A program made the translations under genes and the position numbers. Of a stretch of 64,000 nt of DNA, positions 1-11,549 are shown one piece after another; within the stretch, counting starts at the first letter, position 1; the number at the start of each line of letters is the position of its first letter. The notes under the pieces were generated by a model. It was not told the origin of the DNA. It worked only from the letters and a program-made list of their open reading frames with translations, and did no database searches. The DNA is taken from NCBI GenBank assembly GCA_001643675.2, contig LSRY02000013.1, positions 1,426,001 to 1,490,000 of the forward strand, read 5' to 3'. Source of the DNA: Monocercomonoides exilis PA203 (lineage: Eukaryota; Protista; Preaxostyla).

Positions 1-2
1 TT

Positions 3-1175
3 TCATTATCACATTTCTCCAAACTCACCACCAACTTTTCCAAAGCAAAAAGGCGCACAGATCTCTGTGGTATGTGTGAGAAGTTGAACTATTTGGAGAA
101 TAAACTCAAATCTTCACAAAACAAAAATGGACTTTCTTCTGCCGAGTTTCACACTCTGAAACTTCTTCGTCAACACCGACTTGTTGCAGAAATGCAACGA
201 AAACATTATCAATCGACTGTCGACAATCTGAAAGAGGGAGAAGCAGTCTTCGTCTTCGACTTCAAAGAAAAATGGAAACTCCCTGTCAGAAAGAACCAAC
301 TTCAACAAGAGTTTTTCAACTATCAACAAGTTTCTCAATTCACCGTCATCTCACTTCAGAAAATTAATAATCAACAAATAAAACAAACATTCAACTTCTT
401 CTCCAACTGCCTTTCAAATGATCACAGATTTGTTATAGAGTGTCTGGAATCTGTGATCAAAAAACACTTCTTCACAGACACTCACACTTTTAAGTTCTTC
501 TGCGATTCTGGTCCACACAACCGAAATCGCTTCCTTCTTCACTTCATCCTCTCTATACAATCTAAACTTCTCAAAAAGAAAAATACACAACTCAACTTCT
601 TAGCTGAGCATCATGGAAAAAATATATGCGATGGTGAATTTGGTGCACTTGTGAACACAATCAACAACAACATATCAACTGAACACATCACCACAATTCA
701 TGACTTAATCAACTTCTTCGACAACAATATGAACATATCAGCATCTGCTTCTTCGACATCACAATCGAACAACTTCTCAACAACATCATCAAACTCTTCA
801 CCATCTTCAACATCTGTCAATGACTCTGTGCATGAGAGGTACTTTGAAGAATATGTACCATCTCAACAAATCTCATGGCCATCATTGTCAGTTCCCCACA
901 TGAAAGACTATTTGTATTTTGAGCGCAAAGGCTCATTTGTCTCTGCTTCAGCTGTTGGATATCTTCCTCAACGCTCTCTGGTTGCCCTCGAATCTTCAAC
1001 AATGAAAGAAAAGGTTCAACGAACAAGGAAGTCATTTCACTCTGATATCACATCATCAAACTCTTCTCTTCTTTCTCAATCTTCTCAAGATCTTCTTTCA
1101 AGGAGATTTGAGCTTCTTCGTGACTCTTCTTCTATTAATGAATCTCAAAATTGTATTAATGGTGTCCCTTATTAA
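3..1175 (+). CDS. Sola-superfamily (Sola2-like) DDD transposase, 5'-truncated by the window edge
   Basis: The frame is open from base 3 (…KRRTDLCGMCE, CxxC). Motifs VFDFKEKWKLP…QEFF…QVSQF, FFCDSGPHNRN and FLAEHHGKNICDGEFG fit the Sola-type D..D..D triad with HGK-x2-CDG. Family assignment is by motif recall. Confidence 0.7.
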   Translation, partial: SLSHFSKLTTNFSKAKRRTDLCGMCEKLNYLENKLKSSQNKNGLSSAEFHTLKLLRQHRLVAEMQRKHYQSTVDNLKEGEAVFVFDFKEKWKLPVRKNQLQQEFFNYQQVSQFTVISLQKINNQQIKQTFNFFSNCLSNDHRFVIECLESVIKKHFFTDTHTFKFFCDSGPHNRNRFLLHFILSIQSKLLKKKNTQLNFLAEHHGKNICDGEFGALVNTINNNISTEHITTIHDLINFFDNNMNISASASSTSQSNNFSTTSSNSSPSSTSVNDSVHERYFEEYVPSQQISWPSLSVPHMKDYLYFERKGSFVSASAVGYLPQRSLVALESSTMKEKVQRTRKSFHSDITSSNSSLLSQSSQDLLSRRFELLRDSSSINESQNCINGVPY

Positions 1176-1185
1176 GAAACTAGTT

Positions 1186-1311
1186 GTTGTGCATGCTTAG
1201 CTGGCACTCTATCGGAAGGGTGCTGGACATGACTGTTCGTATTAGATACTGCAGCCTTTGGGCTGCTTTATCCGGACCTGGATACGACGAACAGCCTCCC
1301 AGGTGCACAAT
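1186..1311 (+). ncRNA. Candidate structured RNA element immediately 3' of the transposase stop codon
   Basis: GC-rich island with nested helices: 1186-1193/1304-1311, 1202-1210/1217-1225, 1233-1240/1287-1294 (perfect 8 bp), 1251-1256/1261-1266 and 1269-1274/1279-1284. G-U pairs favour the + strand. No known family recognised. Confidence 0.35.
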
Positions 1312-4300
1312 TATTAGAATTCGATTATTTTCTTGTGGTTTTTGTCCCTATAATGTCCCTATAATTAAATTGGTTATTGTCCCGCTTATATTTGTATTTA
1401 TCGAGATTCATTAATGGAGAAAGTTTTGAGGGAATTCATTGATCTTTGAGTGAGGTTTTTTAGAAGAAAGAATTGTTGAGAGTGTGAAGTGATGTTTCAT
1501 CACTGTGTTTGCCTTTTTTCTCTCTTGGATTTGATCTTTTTGAGTTAGGAAAAGAGAAATATCAGAAAGGGTGGAGTGGGTAGAAAACAAAGGATTAACA
1601 GTCAAGTTTGTTTTTGAACCTAAAGTATATGTATTCTTTTGTGTTTTGAATTGACTAAGATACCATGAATTTGTTGATATAGTAATGCTTTTTATTGTAT
1701 CTTTTATTGTTCAGGATATTTGGTAATTTGATAATGAAGAGTGATAATTTCGTGAGAATGTATTTGAAAATGAATAAGTCTGTGTTTGCTTGAATGAACA
1801 AGATGTTAATATTGTTTATTTTGTTTATCGTTTGATGTTTCTAAAAGTTTTTTGAAATTGTTTTTATTTGTTTTGTTTTGTTTTCAAGTGTTTCAGTTTT
1901 TTTGTTTGTTTGTTGTTGTTTCATAGAATCAATACATTTATTTCGAAACATATCCAACAGTGTGCAAAGTGAACTGGTTTTATTACTAAAAAAATTTTAA
2001 TCAATAATAATACACAACAATAATGTTAAATTTTCATAACAACTGAATTTATAATTGATATTAAAAAAAAAACAAGTATAAAATAATATCAATCAGAGAT
2101 ACTCCAAAACTGTAAATGTGTTTTTCACTAATAATGAACAAAATTAAAATATGTCATTTAATAAATGAAAAATTTATAAAAATATAATAATCAAACTTAC
2201 ATTGTCTTTTCAAAAATTATTAATAACAAAAAAAATTCGAAAATGAAATAACAAAAAAATTATGGATATGATCATAAGGAAAAAATATTTTTAAGGTATC
2301 CCTCGATGGTCACACCTTGGGTGGCATTTTTTTCGCACGAATCGATTTGTTGTTATGAAGGTGCGTGAAACATGTCAAAAAAGGGGGTACCAAGGTGTGA
2401 CCTTTTTTTCGAAAAATGAATCTCAAATTTTCGGATCAAAAATCTATGAAAAATTTTTCGCTTTTTTGTTCTTTCAAGAACGAGAAAATGCAAATATTCA
2501 ATTAGAGCTCATTCGTTTTATAATTATTAAAACAACAATATTCATTAAAATTGATTAAAAAATATGTGTTTTGAACTCTTTTCAATGAGAAAAAAATTCC
2601 ATAACTTTATTTCAAAATGTTCTTTCAACAATTTTTCTCCACATTGACGTTGTATCGAGGTTTGTTTTTTGTTATTTTATGATGAAAACACGTGTTTTAA
2701 AACAAATCTTTCTTCTAGATAATCAACATGTGTTCTTTCTTTGTTTTAAGTGAAAATATTTGTATGATTGATGAGGAAAAGAATAATTGCTAATAAAAAG
2801 GCAGAGAAGGTAGTTTGGTTTTTATTTATTTTTCTATATATGAATGTTAACCTGTTGATATTTTTTTTGTGTTGTTTTAGGGGCAGCAGGTCAAAAAGAA
2901 TGAAAATGAATGAAAACGGGATATCTCATTGTGCAGGCTGACCATCGAGTTGAGCCAGCGAATTCATACGAAAAGTACCCAGGGTGAAGGGATTGGGAAG
3001 GGAATTGGAGATGATATTTTCAGACGAGAAACAAGGATATTTTTCAATGAGAAAGATGAAATTGAAGAAAATACATAAGTTTCACATTTTTCAGAAGAAC
3101 CAGAAATCGATGCATTTAATGGAAAAATGACTTCTGGAAAAGACGATTTGCGAATCAGATGATGAAATATTTGAAAACGAAAGGAATTATGAATTTTTAT
3201 TGGAGGGAAACAGATGCCAACGGAATAAAATATTGAAATTGCCTATAAAAATGTTTAGAAGGTTTGCTGTTGTTATTTTTTTTTTTTTTTTTGAAGTGAT
3301 TATTGTTATTTTTTTATTCAGGATGTTGAAAGAGCGAAGAATTAATGGCTTTGAAGAAGAAAAGTGGGGAAGAACAAATAAAGACGAGCAGACGAAATTC
3401 AAGAAATTTCGAAGATGTCTGGAATTGGGCTTTGGCAAAGAATTAGTTTTTGAGAAAAGACGATTTTTTGTGAAAGAATGGAAGCGAATGTGGAAGAGAT
3501 GGAATTTGAAAGGAGAAATGAAAAAATGCCAAATTCTTTCATTTTTATGTATGAAAGAAAGAAATGCAAACTGAATAAGTGAAGAATTCAGTGGATGCTG
3601 CTCACCAGAAGAACATTAAAGAAATGGAAGAAGAGAATTTCAATGAATTTCTCAGTTGATGTAAATTGACACTCATCTTCTTTATTTCCAACAATTAATC
3701 ATTTCATGCCATTCATTCATCATCACCTTCTTCTTCATAATCAAATATTTCAACATCATATCATACGATTTCTTTTTCTTTTTTTTCTCTTTCTCCACCT
3801 CATCCTTTTCATCCTCCTAATCCTTCTCTTTCATTCAATTCACCTTTCACTCACCGCCTTCTCTCAACCAACAGATCTTCCCTTATTCCTTCTTCATTTG
3901 CTCTTAAATATTCTTCTCTTTCTCCTCTTTCTTCTTCTTTCCATTTCCATTTCTCCACTCAACTCTTTTCTCCTTCTTCTTCCTCTATTCATCATCTGTA
4001 TCCAACGGGCATTTACTCATTTAACACATCGCACACTCCTTCTACTTATAATTTTTCTTATTCATGTTCTTATTCATTTCTTATTCTCGTCATCATCAAC
4101 ATCAGCATCTTAATCAACAACTACAATTTAGCTTCAAAGCATCCCTCAAACATTCTTCTTTCTCTTCTGTTATTCGTTCTCTATCAACTCCTTCCATCTC
4201 CACTTCTTCTTTGTCGTCTTCCCTTTCTTCCCTTTCTCCTTCTTTCCTTTCTCTCTCTTCTCTCTCACACATCCCTTCTCTCCCTCATTCTTTTCTCACT

Positions 4301-4673
4301 CAATAGCTTCTTTCTCATTCAACTTCACCTGATTTTCCTACTCCTCCTCCGCCTCTTTTTGATGAAGACAACGAATTTTCAAACATTCACACAAGAAAAC
4401 TTCAATTGAGAGAGAACAGACTGAGATGGGGGCAGAAAAACAAGCAGATGTCGATCAAAGAGCAGAGGATGCTGGCTATTTTCACTGGAATGTTTGAGAA
4501 TGGGAGTAATTGGAAAGATGGAAAAGGAAAAAGAGGAAATGGAGTGAGATGAATAACAGGAATAACAGCAATGAGGGAGAGAGAGAAGGAGAAGTGAAAG
4601 GAGAAACTGAAAGAGAGAGAGAGAGAAAGGAAAAGAGAAAGAGAAACGAGAGAATTTTCCTGGTTTTAAGCTG

Positions 4674-7600
4674 TTGGGTGATTGGGTGGAGCATCTTGAC
4701 ACAGACGAGGCAGTTGATGAATGTGGAGTCAATCCATTGACACTTGAAAACTACTCATCTTCCAACACAATCAACACATTTGGTTTTCCTGACTATGCAA
4801 CAAATCTCATTGACGACCTTCTCTTTGAGCAATTACTGAACAATGGCAATGACGTTCTACGAAGAAGATTCGGTTCGCTTGCAAACAGCCTCATTTCGAG
4901 CAGAGAATTGTCTGTTTTTCAGTCAGATGCGATCAGAAAGGACTTTGTGGCTGACACTTTGAGAGAGGGCTTTGGGGATCCACTCTGGCTGTGTGAAAGA
5001 GGAGTTTCCATTCAGAAGCTGGTGAGGTTGGCTCAAGCGTGTTGTTCATTGAATACAAAAGCAGTGTTTGTTGAGTCAATGTCGAATCTGCCGAGATTTG
5101 TGAGAAATATAAACATATTTGAAAATCTTTCTGCTTTTAAAGCAGAGGGAAATATTTCGAACTTGATCAAAACTTGTTCAATGAAAGTATTGAATAAATT
5201 GCAGATATTTTTGATGAATTCACCTTGTTCATATAAAAGCTCTTTATTTCCTGTGTGTAGACAACTGGCACGAGCGCTTGAATTGCTGAAAACAAAAACA
5301 AAAGTCGAAAAATTCCTTCTAAATGAATCTAACCCTTCAATTAAACCTTCTTCTTCTTTCTCTTCCAATTCAGAATCCCTTTCAAGCTCCTCTTCTTCTT
5401 CCTCTTCTTCTTCTTCTCCAAATTCTGTTCTGAAGCTGCTATAACATCAATCCATAGCATCCATTACTTCTCAGCTCCAATCAGCAAACACACGGGCATT
5501 TGGCATTTAGCTGCAGATTGTTCCGATGACAGACGATTTGACAGAAGAAGACGTGTTTCCGGTGGGCGAATGTTTGTGTGGCAGATACAGACAGATGAAA
5601 CAGAACAGACATAAACATAGACATATTCATGGAAATAAGCATAATCATAGGCTTCAATGCATAAATCATCATCAGCATCATCATCGTCAGTATTCTTCTG
5701 AGAAGAAGAAAATGAGAGATGAAAAAGAAGAAAAGAAGGAAAATGGAGATGATAGTAAAGAAGCCACGACTGAAACAGAATCTATATGTTCAACTTGTGG
5801 TGAATACTCTTGTACTTCATGCTCTTCTTCCTATTATTCTTCTTCTTTGTCTTCTTCTTTTTTCGATTCTTCAATATCGTCATCGAAAACAGCAGCAGTT
5901 AAATTCTACAAGAAAGAAAACACATATAACGATTCATCTTCATCTTCCTCTTCTTCCGAACAGTCAGAAGTGAATTCTTCACAAGAAAGAGCCGAAAAAG
6001 CAGAAATCGACGAAATTATCGAAGACTTCAAAAGAAAACATGCGCAGCGTCTGCCTCTTCCTGTGATCCTTCCGCCACAAGAAGCAACCATTCAAAATCC
6101 ATCTTTTGTGCCTCGAAGACAAAGACTGAGAAAATACAATAAAGATTTAACATAAACCTTTTTTTCTCATTCAATTGCTGGCATTGGCACAGAACAGAAA
6201 CATCTCCTTCTTCATTGCCGAATGAATCTTTTCTTTCTCTTCCTCAATCATCTCCTTCACCCTCTCCTTCATCTTCCTCTTCCTCCTCTTCATCTTCATC
6301 TTCCTCATCTTCTCCAGCAGTAACTGACCTCTCTCTCCATCCAAAACCACCTCATCGTTCTGAAATTGCTATGGCTCTCCGCATAAGAGCAATGCACCCT
6401 CTCCTCCGTCGATGCTATCTCAACCGCTGTGCACAAGTGGCTGCTGCTTCAGGCGCTTCACGTTCTTCTTCTTCTTCCTCCTCCTCCTCCTCCTCTTCTT
6501 CCTCGTTGCTTCGCTCTTCTAGAAACAGATTTCTGACAAGCGAAGAGCAGCAGATGAGGAGGATGAGGCAGCAGTTGAGAAGAAGAAGGAAAAGACAATA
6601 TTTTGTTCTTTCACGAGATGCATTTGAGGCGCTGCCGCTGTTTGCAGAGTTTCGGATGGTGGAGCGGTATGCGGAGAATTTGGAGAAGAGGAAGATAGAA
6701 AGAGTGAGAGCGAAGGAAAGAGAGAGAGAAGCAAGGAACGAGAGAAGAGAGGAGAGAAGAATAAGAGAACTGATAAAGATGAGGAAGGCATTGAAATCTA
6801 CAAATGATGAAAATAACAATGATGATGAAAAAGAAAATAAGGCAAAATCAGAAGAAAACGAGAGTTTCTCATTGATTAGAAGAGATTCTCTGAAGAAAAC
6901 GAAGAATAAAGAAGAAAATAGAATGCCTTTCCGACAGCTCCATCATCAGCGACGAAGAAGAGCGAACAGATGAGACACAAACAGAGAGAGAAACAGAGGT
7001 TGATGCGAAGGTATTACCAGGCGCTTGAGCTTCAACGTGATTCTGTTGTGAATGAGGTGCTTTTGATGGTCAGACCAAACCTGCTGCTTTCTCCAGCGCC
7101 GATTGTCGAGTCGATAAAAAGACCAGGAATGAGTGTGAATGCTGCAAAAAGTGAAGGAGATGATAAAGAAGGTGAGAAGGAAGAGAAAGAAACAACAAAT
7201 TCTGGAAATGGAAATGGAAACAGGGAAGAAGTTGAAGGCGATGAAGATAACACGAAAGAAGAAGAAGAAGAAGACGATGATTCAAACAACGATGAAAACG
7301 AAGAAGTTATTTTGGAGGATTCAATGAACAACCCCAAAGAAGCTGCTTCAAAAGCAAAGAAAATAAAACGGAAGCAGAAAAGAAAACTAACATAAAAGAG
7401 TCTTTAACAAACAAAAAAGAAGAAACACATTCCGAAGAGCAAAAACCAGAGCCTCTTTCATCGCAATCACAACAAAAACAGCAGCAACAGAACATAACAA
7501 CAATTAACTCTCCAACGCCATCACTTTCTCCGCAGCCTAAACAATATTCTTCAGGACGAGGAGCTTTTGGAACGATACACTTAACACGAGGGATGCGAAT

Positions 7601-9068
7601 GGACGGCGGATGGAGAGGAGTTGGAGGGAGAGCGTTGATTGTGTACAGCCAAGAGATGGAGATGGGAAGAGGAGCTGTTGGTGCACCTACAACTCCGCTG
7701 TCACCTGCTGTTGGAGGAGGAGGAATTGGAGGAGGAGGAGGAGGGGTGACGTTGGGTGAGAATGGGGATGAAGGATTTGAACAAAGAAGTGGCAAAGGCG
7801 ATGCCAGATGAGTTTCAGAATGAGAAAGGGAAAGTGGACGATGAAGAGGCGAAGCTCACATTTAATTCATTGGAATCTGATGATCAGAGATAAAAACTGC
7901 TTCGGCTGATGAAGCTGAAGGAGATATAGAGGAAGATGAATGAGAAAGATGAGCGAGAGAGCAGGAAAATGGAGAAAGAAGAAAAAGACATGAATCTGTT
8001 TAGCAGCATCCAAGGAATACTACAACCACACCTTGAGACAGGCACGCCAACCAACCAGAAAGAGAACAAAATGGCCAGCGAGGCGCAACAAGAGGCGAAA
8101 GAAAGCCAAACGCCAATTTTGACAAGAGAGCGGAAATTGGACTGCATGCTGAATGACCTCGCCAATTCTGACCTGGAAGATTTGAGCGATGAACTGGATG
8201 TGCCCTGCCGCTATGTGCGAATCAAAAGCGAGGAAAAAGGGCAATTTGTGTGGAAGTTACAGGGAGTATCTGTGTATGCAGCAGTCGAAGAGAGGCAAAC
8301 GAGGGCTCGGTTGAATCTGATGAGTGCGCTGAAGAGCGGGCTGAGGCAGAGCAGAGTGGAGCTGAGAAGAGGAACAGTGATGAAGTAGAAAGGCTGGTGT
8401 CCGTACAAAGAGGAAACAGAAGAAATACACAGAAAGTGAAGGAAAGGAGCAGGGAAAGGATCACCTCTGCTGTTTCAGAAGGAGAAAGGGATAAGAACAT
8501 TCAGTCAGAGCAATGTGCCCGGAAGAAGAGATGCACTGTCGAAGCTGTTTTCTTCGCTTTCATTCTCAAAGTTGGCATCTTTCTTCACATCGCAGAATTC
8601 AATGGCGATGGATCTGATGCAGAAATATTCTGGCCTCGATTTGGTTGTGCCTTTTGATTCAGCTGCTGATTTTACAGCAAATACAAACATTGCTCTATAT
8701 CCTCTTTCTCATTGATCTTCATCATTTGTAAATTCGTCCTTGTTTATGAACATCAAACAGCAATCTTCTCTTCACTCAGAACACCTTTATCTCCTTCCCT
8801 CTTGCCTCAAGCTGTTCATACATCTTCTACTAATTCAGCTATTCCAACCCCACTTCCGCTATCCCTGCCTTCCGTAACTTCTTCGTCTTTACTTTTATTC
8901 AACTCCCCTCGAATTCGATATCGTTTCTCATCTTTCATTTCTATTCATAATTGCAGAGTGAATCTTCATTCAATCACTGAATATCAGCTGAAATTATATG
9001 ATAAAGAAGACAGTGTTTCGTTGAGCCAAGAAAAGCGTATCAGATGGAGCACAATCAGAAAAGGATGA
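4674..9068 (+). pseudogene. Fragmented large low-complexity (Ser/Glu/Arg-rich) protein-coding sequence
   Basis: Chain of + strand ORFs (4674-5444, 5526-6155, 6215-6973, 6970-7395, 7936-8388, 8515-8715) separated by in-frame stops or frameshifts. No domain recognised. Confidence 0.4.
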
Positions 9069-9472
9069 TAGTTCTGACTTTTTTCATTTGGAAGCTGAAG
9101 CATTTGCAGTGAAAACAGAAAGGGCATTGAAGCGATTTTTGTTTGGAATGACTGGGTTCCTAAATAGCCTCCGACAGATTTCGCAGGTACGAAGCAACAG
9201 CGAATTGTAGCAAATGAAATGAGGAAGAAAAGGAATTGAGAGAAAAAGGCTTATTTGAAGGAAAATTTCAAAGAGGTGGTTGAGCTCATCAGTCACAAGC
9301 AAGTTAGAATAAGAAAGCTGATGAAAATTGATGTTTTTGAAAAACATTCTGATATGATCGAAGAGAGGAAAAGGGATGATTCCTTGAAGTGAAGAGCTTA
9401 ATTTTTATTCGATGGAAAGAAACAATTAGATGAAGAAATTCCAGAGAAATATATTTTCATCTGAGCGGATGC

Positions 9473-9856
9473 TTAGGTTTTTGAAAAAAATAAACTTCTG
9501 GTGAAAAGAAGATGGCAGCTCATGAATATGAAGTGAAATGGAAAATATTCAAAAATTTTGAATGGAAGGAATAATAAAGAAATTAGAAAAAGCTCATCAT
9601 TTCCATTGATTTTTGTGTAAACTGCGGTGAAGGTGTGTGTTTGAGTTGGAACAAATGTTGAGCTGAGGAGGGTGAGAGAGGCGTCTTGGAGGAGGGAAAT
9701 GAAGCCGTTGAGGGCATACTCGATGGTGGCACATGGGGTCTGTTGGGTTCTGCCACATGCATCGACATCAGTTCCATTGCTGGCAACGATTTTGTTCTGC
9801 GCGATGAGGGGGAGCCAGCCATTGAAATCAGCTTTTCTAATTTTCCACGATTTCAT
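9473..9856 (-). pseudogene. Fragment of a Cys-motif surface-protein gene
   Basis: SNGTDVDACGRTQQTPCATIEYAL matches the G-x-D-x3-CG-x4/5-PC-x-T-x2-YA motif also present at 19.9-20.1 kb. No start or end of a full gene. Confidence 0.5.
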
Positions 9857-10301
9857 TTAACGTTTGATGAAGCTTCTGAATCAAATTAAAAAAATGAGAT
9901 TTATCGGCTATACAAAGGTGAGAGGAAAATGAGAAAAATAACTATTATTGTTTGATTGATTCCAATATTTTTGTTTTCTTATCATCTTTTCTGTTCTTCT
10001 TAATGATCTTTCTCTTTTCAATGTTTAATTTTTCCAAATATTTATTTACAACTTTTTTTCTGAAGTTTTATTTATTTATTTTTAGTAAATTTTAATAAAA
10101 CTTGATCAAAAAATACTTTTTAACCAAAAATAAAAAAAAGGTATGAATTTTTGTTTAAATAAATAAAACAAATAAATGTTTTGTCAATACATGCTCAATA
10201 CTCATGTAAAATCAATTCTTGTTATTAGATCAGAAAATACCACAATAGATTTTATTTTTTCTATTTTTGATCTTTTTTTATGATTTCAAAAAAAATCACC
10301 C
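9840..10301. mobile_element. Right end of a Sola-type element; left end not found in the window
   Basis: Ends in TTTTTTATGATTTCAAAAAAAATCACCC followed by ATAT (10302-10305). The subterminal region is collinear with 37220-37557 plus 44723-44859 of the complete element. Confidence 0.75.
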
Positions 10302-10305
10302 ATAT

Positions 10306-10546
10306 GTCTAAATTTTTTTTGAAAAGTTCCTTTTGTTTAATTTTCAAATGAAGAAAAAATTTCATATTTCGATCTAATTTTTGTTCTCACTCACCAAATT
10401 TCGCTGTCATGAAAGTTAAATCTTAACAATGTTGTTATTTCCATTCATGAAAAGTTTCGTGATTGGGAACAGAAATTTGATTGAAAAATGAAATTTTTAT
10501 TCAATTTGAAAATTAAACAAAAGGAACTTTTCAAAAAAATTTAGAC
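10306..10546. mobile_element. 241-bp MITE with GTC…GAC ends and ATAT TSD (Sola-type)
   Basis: Long terminal inverted repeats GTCTAAATTTTTTT(T)GAAAAGTTCCTTTTGTTTAATTTTCAAAT. ATAT on both sides (10302-10305 and 10547-10550). Confidence 0.85.
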
Positions 10547-11549
10547 ATATGGACGATAAAGTGTCTGCAGTTATTAAAGTGAAAGGAAGTTTCACGAAAT
10601 ATATTAAATTAATATTAACAGTATTTGTTTTTTTTTTTAAGAAATTTTTTTTTGTTGTTTACTTTTTTTAACATTTTTTAACAATAATGGTTCAATTTTT
10701 CATTTTATTTTCTTCACAAAAGAAAAATGAGACAATTAAAATAATGATGATGTTTGTTTTTTGTTAAATATTCTTTTCACAATAAGAAAAAGCTAACGCA
10801 CAACAATTAAAAATTTCATAAATCAACAATGAAAATGTCGGATTGTTTTCATTGGCACATCAGTCAAAAAAAAAAAAAATAAATAAATAAAATAAATAAA
10901 AATTAAAATAAATAAAAAATAAAAAATAAAAAAAAAAAATAAATAATCAGTTGAATTTTTTGGGACTCACAGATATTTATTTCAATGAAAGAATCATTTC
11001 TGCCTTTTGAAAGAAAGCGTTGGTTGAAAAAGAAAATTCCATTGAACATGCCTTTCACTATTGATGGGATAGAAAACAAGAAACAAGAAATAACACCACA
11101 ATAATATTAAAAAATCATTAAAATAAATATTTTTTATTAATTTTAAGTATTTTTTTTTTTTAAACTTAATGAGAAACAAAATAAAAAACAATAACGAAAC
11201 ATTTCCCTTTATAACTTTATTTTGTTTAACTTTCAACTATTTGACTGAACACTCAAAATTTTCAATTATAAATAAAAAATAACAGCAATTCAATTCATGT
11301 GAATTTTAAAAATAGATGTATCATGTTAATTATGAATGTTTTGGAGAATAATAAAAAAAGTTCTAAAAAATACAAAATTGTACAATGCATGACATATTTT
11401 AAATACAAAATTGTGAACCATTTAATCAACATCAATTTATTGATGATTAATGTCACAGTCACAGGTGTCTAAAATTTACAAAAACCATATATATAAATAT
11501 TGTTGAATGAACATTTAATGAAAATTTATTTCAAAATTAAAATGCAAAC

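Noticed and set aside
1255-1285. Minus-strand CAGGTCCGGATAAAGCAGCC resembling bacterial SRP RNA domain IV
   Set aside because: The helix closing the GNRA loop cannot form, and the G-U pairing favours the opposite strand.
1186-1340. Canonical HDV-like or hammerhead ribozyme, or a spliceosomal snRNA
   Set aside because: Required conserved nucleotides (P1.1 GG and J4/2 C; CUGAnGA/GAAA; U1 5' ACUUACCUG) are absent.
4674-6155. In-frame TAA/TAG stops suggesting a TAR=Gln genetic code, as in some oxymonads
   Set aside because: Intact genes (ADH, DIRS ORFs) have long TAR-free frames and end in TAA/TAG. The broken regions also contain TGA stops and frameshifts, so this is pseudogene decay.
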